From: Octopus sinensis
Lineage: Eukaryota
Assembly (NCBI RefSeq): GCF_006345805.1
Contig: NC_043012.1
Coordinates: 17,856,001-17,920,000, forward strand
DNA length: 64,000 bases
Direction: 5' to 3'
The notes under the pieces were generated by a model. That model saw only the letters and a list, made by a program, of their open reading frames with translations. It made no database searches and had not been told where the DNA came from. Within the stretch, counting starts at the first letter, position 1; every line of letters starts with the position of its first letter. A program made the translations under genes and the position numbers. Below, piece after piece: positions 1-12,049 of this stretch.

Positions 1-51
1 GGCGATTGAAGTATATTTCTATCACATCTCTAGCAAAGCATTGAATAGTGG

Positions 52-250
52 TTTCAAATTCAAACCGAACGTTAGCTATTTCGGGGAGGGATACGTCAAA
101 TATATCGACTCCAGTATTTAACCGGTAATTATTTTATTGACACCGGAAACACGAGGAGCAAAGCCGACCTCGACGAAATTTGAACTCACAACGCAAAGAG
201 CCGGAAGAAACGCATTTAAAAATTTTGTCCGACAGATTAACAGTTCTTCT
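52..250 (-). mobile_element. Degenerate tRNA-derived SINE, family A monomer
   Basis: Diverged match to the family A body (GCAAAGCCGACCTCGACGAAATTTGAACTC is the reverse complement of the B-box region) seen in better copies at 273-855 and 62528-62938. Confidence 0.6.
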
Positions 251-272
251 AGGTCACCACATTAGTATCATT

Positions 273-855
273 CTTTCTACTTTAGGCACAAATCCCGAAA
301 TTTTGAGGGAGGGAGCCAGTCGATTAAATCGACCCCAGTATGCAACTGATACTTAATTTATCGACCCCGAAAGGATGAAAAGCAAAGTCGACCTCGGCGG
401 AATTTGAACTCAGAACGTAAAGACAGACGAAATACCTATTTCTTTATTATCCACAAGGGGCTAAACATAGAGGGGGCAAACAAGGACAGACATAGGTATT
501 AAGTCGATTACATCGACCCCAGTGTGTAACTGGTACTTAATTTATCGACCCCGAAAGTGTGAAAGGCCAAGTCGACCTCGGCGTAATTTGAACTCAGAAC
601 GTAAATACAGACGAAATACCTATTTCTTTATTACCCACAAGGGGCTAAACACAGAGGGGACAAACAAGGACAGCCATAGGTATTAAGTCGATTACATCGA
701 CCCCAGTGCGTAACTGGTACTTAATTTATCGACCCCGAAAGGATGAAAGGCAAAGTCGACCTCGGCGGAATTTGAACTCGGAACGTAGCGGCAGACGAAA
801 TACCGCTAAGCATTTTGCTCGGCGTGCTAACGTTTCTGCCAGCACACTGCCTTAT
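273..855 (-). mobile_element. Family A SINE trimer (tRNA head plus three 184-bp-period units)
   Basis: GTCGAT..ATCGAC hairpin recurs at 319, 503 and 687. Minus strand has an A-box-like TGGCAGAAACGTTAG and a B box GAGTTCAAATTCC. TSD CACATTA(G/C)TATCATT at 258-272 and 856-870. Confidence 0.9.
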
Positions 856-2127
856 CACATTACTATCATTGATTAAAGAAACGTGAAACTGATCCCAATG
901 TCTTTAGAACTCAATATCTAACGCATATTACAAAATGCTACACGACCGATTGACTCATAAATAATCACAAATATTCACACTTTGATCTGGCCTATAAATG
1001 TATCATCTCATTTCTCTGCTATTATACTGGTCTGTGTTTCTCGAATAGGAGTGGACTCACGACACATCCGTTCAGGCTTCTCTCGATTCATTTGTCTCCT
1101 CTCCCCTAATTACGGAAGTTTGACCTGATTTTGTCGGATCCACAACTACCACTATATCCGATCCTGTCTCTCCGCTAGTGTTATGTCCAGGAATTCTTCA
1201 CATTCAGTATAGTTTAAGCGGGACCTTAACAGTATCAATTTCACTGCTTTCTTAAGGCCTGCAAATACAATCTGTGCTACTCCTTCTTTCAGATTAGGCA
1301 TCTTTTAAAAAAGGAAGGAAAATATATCGTAAATTATTCGTGATATCAACTAATCGAGTAATTCTTTTTCTTCAGTGCTTATCGTACTTAAAAACCGAAT
1401 ATGTTTCCTCTACAATATATAAATTACAATATGAATTTCTGAAACTAAGCATTAAAAAAATAGCGGATAGAGAACATCGGACGCAGCCGAATGGACGTTA
1501 ACGATTTGGCACTAATAACTGGACATTGAACCTGTTTTGATGACAATATGTGTTGGTGCTGGATGTGAACACATAGATGCACGTGAATGCGTGCGCAGAA
1601 ATATACACATGCATATAGGAAATAGAGAGAGAGAGAGAGTTACAAAGAGAGCGAGAGAGTGAGAGAGAGTGGAGGAGGAGGAGTAGAGTGAGAAAGCATT
1701 AAAACAAGAGGAAAATTAAAAAGCCTGAAGTCAAATAAGTCAGCGCCGAAGTAGCAACTACAGCAGCTGTGCTAACATGTCCCATACCAAAGAGATATAT
1801 TTAGGGGTAGAAATATATATTAATAGTCTAACTATAATTCTTCATATTTAGTTAACCACCAAATATGAAGTGGAACATCAAACCCTTATGATCTTAATTC
1901 GTAGGTGAAAATGATGGTATAAATTGTCGCGATGGCATTTTATACGGTATTCTAAGATTTTTCCCTCTACAATTTTAACATACATAACAGGTTTCAGTTA
2001 CCATTCCTTGTTTTATATGTAATTGGGGTGTTGGACTCACGATCGTCAGTTTGTTGTGTCAATTCCTGAATCGGCCGACACGTTGTGTTTTTGAGAAAAA
2101 AAACATAAAAAACATAGACGTAGGATT

Positions 2128-2527
2128 GGCTGTGTGGTACGTAGCTTGTTTACCAACCACATGGTTCCGGGTTCAGTCCCACTGCGTGGCACTTTGGGCA
2201 AGTGTCTTCTACTATAGCCTCGGGCCGACCAAAGCCTTGTGAGTGGATTTGGTAGACGGAAACTGAAAGAAGCCTGTCGTATATATGTATATATATATCT
2301 GTGTGTGTGTGTGTGTTTGTTTGTGTGTTTGTCCCCCTAGCATTGCTTGACAACCGATGCTGGTGTATTTATGTCCCCGTTACTTAGCGGTTCGGCAAAA
2401 GAGACCGATAGAATAAGTACTGGGCTTACAAAGAATAAATCCCGGGGTTGAGTTGCTCGATTAAAAGCGGTGCTCCAGCATGGCCGCAGCCAAATGACTG
2501 AAACTAGTAAAAGAGTAAATGAGAGTA
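2128..2527 (+). mobile_element. Family B SINE (tRNA head, CORE-like CTTGGGCAAGTGTCTT, internal TA/TG microsatellite, GAGTAAAA tail)
   Basis: A box GGCTGTGTGGTA, B box GGTTCAGTCC; homologous to 14133-14592, 14658-15045 and 61737-62160. Confidence 0.9.
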
Positions 2528-2823
2528 CTGCATTTTATGTTGCTGTAGTCCACACAGCAAAAATTTGTAATTACGTGACGGATCGGCGTCCTTTCCGAGT
2601 GGGAGATATGTACAGCATGCAAATTGGGAAATCCGCCCTGCGAATGAATATGCCTCGGAAACAAACTTTCCTTTACCTTTCATGTGTCGGCTTTAGTGGA
2701 AAAGGTACACTCTAACGGCACGGTCTTCCTTTTAGAAGAATTTGGATTAACTTATATTACTGGAGTTAGCTCACTTCAATGCTTATTTTAGATGTTAAAC
2801 AGGTTCGTCTTATAATTGCAAGC

Positions 2824-3141
2824 GGACTCGCGGTCGGAGGATCGCGGTTTCGATTCCCAGGCCGGGCATTGTGAGGCTCCGGCAGGGATGGTGGTGATCC
2901 CTGCTGTACTCTTTCACCACAACATTCTCTCACTCTTACTTCCTGTTTCTGTTGTACCTGTATTTCAAAGGGCCGGCCTTGTCACTCTCTGTGTCACGCT
3001 GAATATCCCCGAGAACTACGTTAAGGGTACACGTGTCTGTGGAATGCTCAGCCACTTACACGTTAATTTCACGAGCAGGCTGTTCCATTGATCGGATCAA
3101 CCGGAACCCGAGTCGTCGTAACCGACGGAGTACTTCCATCC
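2824..3141 (+). mobile_element. Family C SINE, 5'-truncated with an internal deletion of about 35 bp
   Basis: Aligns to the full copy at 27328-27713; 12-bp TSD ATAATTGCAAGC at 2812-2823 and 3142-3153. Confidence 0.9.
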
Positions 3142-3284
3142 ATAATTGCAAGCATAATCGCCTGTTAAGTGTAGCTTTTCGTCTCACTCTTTATGACTAT
3201 CGTTACACACATATGATTATTACACACACATGCACACATATGCACACACACACACACATCGTATACGCATGTGTGTATTAATTT

Positions 3285-3410
3285 TCACTGCATTGCTTCC
3301 GAAGGGATGAACGGTGAAGTCGACATCTGTGGATCTTGAATTGAAAACGTAAAGAGTCGGAAGAAATGATGCTAAGCACATTGTCCGATGAGGTAATGAT
3401 TTTCGCCTCA
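3285..3410 (-). mobile_element. Degenerate family A SINE
   Basis: GAAGGGATGAACGGTGAAGTCGAC...TTGAATTG resembles the family A body. Confidence 0.5.
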
Positions 3411-6303
3411 TATATATATGTGTGTGTGCGTGTGTGTTGTGTGTGTGTGCGCGTGTGTATATGTATGTGTATACTTTATATATATACATATATATGTATG
3501 TATACAAGTATATATGTATATATATATATTTATATACTACCTAGTGCTGCTTTTCATCATCTATCTACGTCACTAACTATTTGCGCAGCTTCTCTTAGCT
3601 ATCGCGGCTTGTCTCACTACGTTTCTAAAACTGAGTCGACATCTCATTGAATGTCATTTGATTCTGAATAACATAGAGAACAGCAACTGGTTTGGTAAAC
3701 GAAACTACTTTATACCTTTATACGTTATGCACGTTGGATCAATGAACACATGATTGAAAGCACCTCAGCTCGTAAATTTTTCTTTTTATTCCAAGTGACA
3801 CTTGACTCTATTTCGCAAAGTGTTTGTGACGTTTCCAAAACATTGCTTCTGTTTTATTTTTACTTTTATTGCCATTCAGTCAAGCATAATCTTCTCTCTA
3901 GAATTATAATTTTTGTCTTTTTCGTGTTATGTGTGCGCTAAAATATCTTTTTTATTCAACTAGAACAAATCCGCTACCAGTCAGTCTTCGGGTGTTTTTG
4001 CTAGCATGAATTGCAAGGGAATCGTCTTCTATGTAGAAAAAGCACCTGACAGCTTTTGATTGACGCTTGGAATTGCACGACTTTGAAATGATCTGCTGTT
4101 TAATGTTTTACAGATTTCTCAGTTTTGAGAGGTTCATTTCGATAAGAGATAAGTAAAATATATTCTTAGGTTGTTAGGATTCAGCTGCATATTATAGTAG
4201 AACCTTACTACAATCTAGGAATTGATCAATTTTTTTATTCTGAATGAAATACTGGTTTGTTTTAACCACGTACACATTTATTAATAATTTACACCCGACA
4301 GCATGTATCAAATTCACAATATCCCACAACAGAGCGCCATTCCATAGTGCCAAATTTTACCACAATTGCCATCAGACTTCAGGATCAAATTTAATAGCAT
4401 TACTACCTTTATATCAGGTAACAACAATGATAAGTTCAGGGAAGTTTTATACTCATTCACATCTGCAATCTTAATCGGCTCGTTAGCCTTTTACCTTGCA
4501 GCAAGCCTTCTACCATAGTTACGCAGCAAACCTCCTCATTTGCTCAGCAACTAAGTTTTATGTGTGATAAGCCAGGGACAGTGATGGTGTAATGTATACA
4601 AAATATTATGTTTCATTGTTATTATGCCAATATATGAATGGATTTGAAAACTGTAGAGCGAGTTGCTCGTTTGTTTAGCGAGTTAGTTTACGTTGAGTCT
4701 GATATTATTAAAAAAAAAACGAGATAGAAAGAAAAACAAAATAATGGAAATAATAAGGGAATATTTTTTCTCAATTTTTACTGCAGTTCTGAGGTGTAAT
4801 TTTAAAATCGAAATACAAGTTTCTTTTAATATTTTCTTTTCAGACGTCTCTCTGTCTCCGTCTTTTTTCCTATATCTGTCCTTCACTCACCCAAGACACC
4901 GAAAGAATAGACATGCTTTCCTTGACGTTCATCGTACAAATAAACACTGATTATTCCCGTGCACAATCCGTCAGAATTCCATCAGAAAACACTATAATTT
5001 TCCAATAGTCATTGCCAATTTTCTATTTTGTAGTCAGCATGGAAGACATTTTTTCCCTGTCTACCTCGGAAACAACCATTTTCTTTCATATAACTACTCT
5101 CTTGTAGTCATTTGCGCTTTGTTCTGTGATGTAGTCTAACAGCAGGATATCTGTTTTCATTAAATTCACTTGTAATATCCCGTAATGTCTTTCTTTTGTT
5201 CGATGTTTTGTGTATAATCAACTAGTTGCCATCCCTCCAGCTAATCTTGCTCGGGTGACCACATCGTTTCCTGGTTTTCAAATCATTGTCTGAGAAAATT
5301 TTCTTCTAAACGTAACTAATTGTAAATACTGGTATGAATAACAATTTTACCACACTGATCTTTTATTATATCGTTCTTTAAATTTGTTGTAAATCTCTAT
5401 GTTGTATTCTTTTCTCACTCCCCGAGACAGGTCATTTAATTTTCTACCCAGCTGCCTGCTTCTATGTTACATCGTACTGTCTAAACACAATAACAAATAT
5501 ACTTATTTGTAGTTCTTGCTCTAAGAAATCTATAGCTTCTGTTGTTTTAGATTCGGAAAGAGATCTAATACTATTGGATTTAATACTATTTATATAATAT
5601 GGGTAATAATAAAAATAAGACAATTTTATCTGTCGCCTTGTCGCTTGAAGCAACAGAAAACCATGCATGGTCATAGCTCGGCCAATCATAAGTGTGTGTG
5701 TATGTATGTGTGTGTGTGTTCGTGTGTATGTTTGTGTGAGAGTGAATGAGTCTGTGTGTGTGTCTGTGTGTGTGTGTGCGTGTGTGTTTGTGTGTGTGTG
5801 TGTGTGCGTGTGTGCATACAAACAAATTATGTAGCAAGAGAAAAATATATTCATTGGAAATTTCAGTCTATATAGTTGTTTCCTGAACCATAATCTGCAG
5901 GAATGGTGAAAAGATGAAATTTGGAAGAAATATCTTTGTGCAACCTAATCGCATTGCAGTGAATGAAACTATGACTTAGGACTACGTGCACGAGGCACAA
6001 AACCTCGACTCTGTACCAACACCAGTGACTAAATAATCACAGTTACTCTATATATCAGCGAAAGTGAGTTTTCTTCAGCATGCAGTCAGCAGAAGCCTAC
6101 TGCTGATGCGGCGCAAAGACACACCGATGTCACGGCATGCATCAGTTCCAGTACTGGTGCCATATATTTCTCTTTTGTTATCGATATCTCTGGTCTTATA
6201 TTGCAATGGCACTCTTCTATACGAGAGATTTTCTCGGGACGAATTTTACAGTATTAAAGGGCCTTAACATCCATATTAAGAAAGATACAACCCCCCCCAT
6301 ATA

Positions 6304-6725
<422 letters not shown>

Positions 6726-6871
6726 AAGACTTACCTGGAAATGGATGCGTGGCGTTCGAATATATAATAATATAAATAATATATTCATATATACGTACAT
6801 CTGTGTACTTACCTACATATATATGAATATATATATGCATATATGGGTACAGGGCATTGAAAACGTAGACA

Positions 6872-6946
6872 AAATGAGAAACGAGAACATAATAAAAACC
6901 CTTTTATCAGTTGTTCCCTGTTTAATCTACTCCGCGTTTCGAAGGT
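6872..6946 (-). mobile_element. PLE-like terminus, 3' half of an HHR-like motif
   Basis: TTCGAAACGCGGAGTAGAT on the minus strand; homologous to 15112-15258. Confidence 0.4.
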
Positions 6947-7039
6947 AAACACACTCACACGCATACATACATACACATATACATACATGCACACACAGAG
7001 ACACACACACATATATATGTATATGCATACAAATATGAT

Positions 7040-7240
7040 GGATACCCCCGACGCAGACGACGTATGAGCGTACCGCACGTCCGTCCACTCAATCTATCAA
7101 ATCAACGTTGCCTGAACACGTGCACGGTGTGACACGGGTCCAGGGCCAACATGAATGTTTGCAGAGCAATGTGAGATGAATTGTTTTGCTCTAGATCACA
7201 ACACACCGCCAGATCTAGAAACTGAAATTTCGACCGCTAT
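7040..7240 (-). mobile_element. Old CORE-like SINE relic
   Basis: Minus strand GAGCAAAACAATTCATCTCACATTGCTCTG resembles the CORE segment of 9535-9852. Confidence 0.4.
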
Positions 7241-7604
7241 TTGTGTATATGTGTCTGATAGCAGTATCAATATAAACCGTCCTCTACCGATGGTTCTTTA
7301 TTTAATTTTGCAAAACATTCGTTTTACTTGAAAGTTTTTTGAAATTCCTGTTATTTCTGCCTCTCTGTATTTGATTAAACCATCTGATGTTTGTGTGTCC
7401 GTGTGTGTACGTGTGTTGTGTTTATGTTTAGAACATGTGTATAACGGGACAACAAGCAGATGATTCTTCAAAAAATGAACTCACTAAATTATTCAGTGAA
7501 CTGAACCTAAAGATTTCAGTCAGTACAGTCCTCAAAATAATCACTTTCGTGTAACATTCAGACATAACAACAAAAATTAGGAAATAATATAAGCAAAACG
7601 ACCG

Positions 7605-7610
7605 AGTATA

Positions 7611-7648
<38 letters not shown>

Positions 7649-7650
7649 TG

Positions 7651-7681
<31 letters not shown>

Positions 7682-7731
7682 TAATAAAAATATTAATAAT
7701 AATAATAATGATATTAATAATAATGATGATG

Positions 7732-7780
<49 letters not shown>

Positions 7781-7891
7781 TAATAATAATAATAATAATA
7801 ATGATAATAATAATAATAATAATAATAATATAATAATAATAATAATATAATAATAATAATAATATAATGATAATAATAATGATGATAATAA

Positions 7892-7945
<54 letters not shown>

Positions 7946-7980
7946 TAATAATAATAATAATTATTATAATAATAATAAAA
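7605..7980. repeat. Long interrupted (AAT)n microsatellite
   Basis: Direct reading; source of the poly-Ile and poly-Asn ORFs. Confidence 0.95.
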
Positions 7981-8069
7981 TGTACCAAGAAAAGCATAAA
8001 ACACCGATATTACAGAAATAAAGGATTATTTATATATTATGAATTAGAAAAAAACAGTAAAACGTTTTC

Positions 8070-8134
8070 TTTATGGTACTCGGAGTTTCGAATGCCGGAG
8101 CGAAGAGCTACGACGCATTCTCGTCGGCTATTAA
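8070..8134 (-). ncRNA. Type I hammerhead ribozyme motif (U4C core variant) in a PLE-like terminus
   Basis: Minus strand: TTAATAG CCGACGA GAATGC-19nt-GCATTC GAAAC TCCGA GTA CCATAA. Perfect 6-bp stem II, near-palindromic stem III ACTC(C)GAGT, GUA cleavage triplet, imperfect stem I. Confidence 0.7.
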
Positions 8135-8279
8135 TGGAAACAAGACTCTAGGAAAAACCGTCTATTATTAGGGTAGTAACTCTAACAGGTGGAAAACGAA
8201 AAAAGAAAAAATAATATAAAAATACATAAAACACATATATAATATATATATGTGTGTGTGTGTGTATATATATACATAT

Positions 8280-9340
8280 ATATGGACAAATGTTGGCATG
8301 GGGAGGACGGCAAAAGCTGCCGGTTTGCCCACGCGACACTCCGCCAGAACTTCAGGGGCCTTAACGTGAAAAGCTTTACCGAGGGAAGACAAGAAATGTC
8401 TCCCAGGAAAACATTCAAAACAGAAGTGTGCTCCTCAGATGTTTTGCGCAACGCAGCAGCTGAGCAAGAGTCTTTTCTGTGCATGGCGCAAAGGATTATC
8501 CAGCAGCTAACCTGGCTACACCAAGCACAAAGAAGGAACCTTGCCTACCACAATGCAAGACCATCACAGTCAACAGACACTGGATGGCCTCCCCTAACGC
8601 CTGCACAGCCGTCAGCCCAATACTCTCACGAAATATTGGGGGGCCTGTTGCATCAACATAAAAACAAAATTTTATGCAATCAAGCCCTATGCATAGCACT
8701 CGTGGAAACTCACCTCAGCCCTGATATAGAGGACGCAAAAGTACACGTAGCAAACTATGCCATGCTGCGAAAAGACAGAATGGAAAGTAGCCATGGTGGA
8801 GTTGCTCTATACATCCGGGATGACCTCACACCCCAGGTCTTACTGACATACTCAAATTCGGTATGTGACACTTTAATTGTATACATAAGACAACATAATA
8901 TAGTCATATGCAATACATATCGCCCACCAGATGCTCCAAACTACATAGCCAAGTTTGAAGATTGCCTCACAAGAATTAAAGAAATCCTCATGAATCTGGA
9001 ACACCACGTGACCATATTTCTTATAAGTGATTTCAACATCTCCAACGTCAAATGGCCCGAAGGCATCATACTCTCAGGAATGAATCATTGCAAGCAAGTA
9101 CAGGTGGGGTCCCTGCTCAACCTCACCAATGCTTTATTCATGGAGCAAGTTATACTCAAACCAACTGGGGCGAATAACATTCTGGATCTCTGCTTCACGA
9201 ACAATATGAACATCATTCATGATGTGAAAGTGACACCGACATTAGCCTCGGATCACAACATAATAGAGCTGTCTATGTTCGGGCCGAAAGTAACCAGAGA
9301 CATACAGCCGAAAGGAAGCACCCAAAATCTCTCCAATGTG
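8280..9340 (+). mobile_element. CR1/L2/Jockey-group LINE fragment: ORF1 C-terminus with a Cys/His finger-like motif plus the ORF2 APE endonuclease; RT absent
   Basis: ORF 8252-9433 has the APE motifs ETHL, GGVALYI, YRPP, SDFN, LDLCF and SDH; upstream CWHGEDGKSCRFAH. Confidence 0.9.
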
Positions 9341-9534
9341 GAGAAACACATACGTACACAGTCATACGTAGCCACACAAACACGTACGTACGTACACACA
9401 GCAATTCCAAAGAAATCACACACGAAAACCTAACTACCGCTGCTAAGCTGTCCGTAGCGCCACTCCCTTACATATTCATTACTGACATAAATACAAACTT
9501 GTATGTATATATGTATGTATGTATGTATGTAGTG

Positions 9535-9852
9535 AGGGCGCGTGGCTTAGTGGTTAGGGCATTCGGCTCATGATCGTAAGGTTGTGAGTTCGATTCCCGG
9601 CGACGCGTTGTGTCCTTGAGCAAGACACTTTATTTCACGTTGCTCCAGTCCACTCAGCTGGCAAAAATGAGTTGTACTTGTATTTCAAAGGATCAGCCTT
9701 GTCACTCTATGTGTCACGCTGATTATCCCCGAGAACTACGTTAAGGGTACACGTGTCTGTGGAATGCTCAGCCATTTGCACGTTAATTTCACGAGCAAGC
9801 TGTTCCGTTGATCGTATCAGCTGGGACCCTCGCCCTCGTAACCGGCGGAGTC
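9535..9852 (+). mobile_element. Family D SINE: tRNA head plus CORE-like domain plus the family C 3' domain
   Basis: A box TGGCTTAGTGG, B box GAGTTCGATTCC, GTGTCCTTGAGCAAGACAC core; the last ~190 bp match 27530-27710. Confidence 0.9.
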
Positions 9853-9895
9853 TTTTAATGTATGTATGTGTATGTCTGCCTGTCTGTCTATCTAT

Positions 9896-9982
<87 letters not shown>

Positions 9983-10589
9983 AATGTGGTATGATAAAAT
10001 AAGCCACACGCTATCTTTCAAAGAACCAATGTTTTTCGACAGAAATTCATGCGTTTAAACTTTTTATCCGATCCCATTCACAATTAATACCGAAACATCG
10101 TAGAATTCATTAATAATAAGACAAGAAATGCCTAATTTGAAACAGTGAATAAAGGAAATCAATTTATTGATACTCTCACAAGTATAAGCATAGTCTTGCC
10201 AAACAAAACAACATACACACATCAGATAATATATTCGTACAGAACCTTTTCTCTTACCTCTTAAAACATTTTTTCATAACATGATTAATTATACTCGAAC
10301 AGTGACCTCATTTATAAACCAACCTTCTAAAAATTTCCTATCTTTCTGGCGGAGTGAATGCATCAGAATACAATGAATTGTCTTATTTCTCTTCCACCAC
10401 CAAAATAACTCACTTTGAAAAACCCAATAAAGGAAATAAGAATCCTTCCTTTACGTTTTAAAGACAACTTATGCTATTCATCAAACGCCATATTGCCCTT
10501 TCATCGTATATAAAAATTCATACATTTATTTCAACTGGGAACAGATACACACCACCTCATTAAACTATTAATCACACATACACACACAC

Positions 10590-10627
<38 letters not shown>

Positions 10628-11063
10628 ACAGACACACACACAGAGTACAACATCCAACTAAAGTTCATGCCTTCAAACAGATCGTTTCGCTCTAACACAG
10701 GTACAGATGCATTTATATTTCAACAGGCACATTGAGAATCAGAGAAGAAAAGCCTTTAAGCAAAAATCGCACTAAAAAATAACGGCCAATGAGATTTCAT
10801 GCTTCACAAAGTAAACATAGATATTGGTACACAGCAATGGGGGTATAGGTTTTCACTGGGGATCTGTCATTGACATTGGGAAAACATGAAAATACCTCTT
10901 ATGGTGGAACTATCATAATAGCTAAAATATGTAGCACATGGTATTCAGTTGTTAATGCAGACACACACACACACACACGTATATATGTAGATATATATAT
11001 ATACATATAGTTATTCGTCTGTACACACACACACGCACAAGTGAGAGAGCGAGAGAGGGGTGT

Positions 11064-11359
11064 TTTTTGTTCCTTCTCGAGCCATGCCTGGCTCATTAGG
11101 GCCGGTTTCCCGGTTTCCTTGGCGTATATGTTCCCCACCTGGACGGGAGTCCGGTCCATCGCAAGTGAGCTTGCAAAATGCAGGAGGAAAGATTGAGAGA
11201 AAGTTGTTGCGAAAGAGTCAGCAGAAATTCGCCATTTCCTTCTGCCGGAGCCGCGTGGAGCTTAGTTGTTTCGTTCATAAAAACACACATCGCCCGGTCT
11301 GCGATTCGAACCCGCTTTCCCTCCACCGCGAGTTCGCTGCTCTAATCACTAGGCTCCAC
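11064..11359 (-). mobile_element. Family E SINE: family C-type head with a V-SINE-like tail
   Basis: Head GTGGAGCCTAGTGATTAG..GGTTCGAATC; tail GCGATGGACCGGACTCCCGTCCAGG..GAAACCGG..ATGAGCC; 11-bp TSD GAGAGGGGTGT at 11053-11063 and 11360-11370. Confidence 0.85.
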
Positions 11360-11390
11360 GAGAGGGGTGTAGCTAACCATAAAATTTGTA

Positions 11391-11535
11391 CATTATTTAC
11401 ATTTGACAGATATTTATCCTCATCTTGTTTGTTGTTAACACAATGTTTCGGCTGATATACTCTCCAGTCTTCATCAGGTGTCTTGGGGGAAATTTCGGAC
11501 CTGGGTTCTCATTCCTAAGGTATTTTTCGATGTTG

Positions 11536-11595
<60 letters not shown>

Positions 11596-11629
11596 TATTA
11601 TTATTAATATTATTATTATTATATTATTA

Positions 11630-11681
<52 letters not shown>

Positions 11682-11766
11682 TATTATCCAGGTTACTGCC
11701 TGGAATCGAACTCGGAATCTTGGGGTTAGTAGCCCGCGCTCTTATCCACTACGACATAGAGCTGTT
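11391..11766 (-). mobile_element. tRNA-headed SINE-like element with an (AAT)n spacer and an HHR-bearing PLE-like tail
   Basis: Head at ~11688-11759 with A box GTAGTGGATAAG, anticodon-like arm GGG-CTACTAA-CCC and B box GAGTTCGATTCC. (AAT)n at ~11537-11686, HHR at 11437-11482. Flanking direct repeat TAAAATTTGTA at 11380-11390 and 11767-11777. Confidence 0.75.
11437..11482 (-). ncRNA. Minimal type I hammerhead motif (decayed at G16.2)
   Basis: GACAC CTGATGA A GACTG-GAGAGTATAT-CAGCC GAAAC ATT GTGTT; stem I GACAC/GTGTT. Confidence 0.7.
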
Positions 11767-12049
11767 TAAAATTTGTAGAAACAAATGATGACTCTCTCAG
11801 AATTATCTGAAAAATGCAGAAAGTGAGAATAAAGGAAAATATGTCACGTAAGTCTATATCGGAGTTGAAGTCTGTAGTTGCTGTCCCGTTGGAGGAGAAG
11901 AAATCAATACATCCGTAGGTGCACGGCAAAGAGCCAACTTGCTACATTTATCAGATTAAACGCTAATTGGTGGAATTCTCCTCAAACTTTGGTAAAAACG
12001 AAGAGAATGGTGACAGATAGTATCAAGCCTCAGGGATGAAGACCGCGGC

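Noticed and set aside
273-855. CRISPR-like array or retrozyme reading of the 184-bp repeats
   Set aside because: Units are homologous along their whole length with no unique spacers. No CUGANGA/GAAA hammerhead core on either strand. Pol III boxes and TSDs indicate a SINE.
7428-7997. Long poly-Ile, Ile-Tyr and Thr-His ORFs here and throughout the track
   Set aside because: These are translations of (AAT)n, (TA)n, (CA)n and (TAGA)n microsatellites.
11688-11759. Functional tRNA gene
   Set aside because: Has A and B boxes and an anticodon-like arm, but no convincing acceptor stem or T-tract terminator; it continues into the SINE body.
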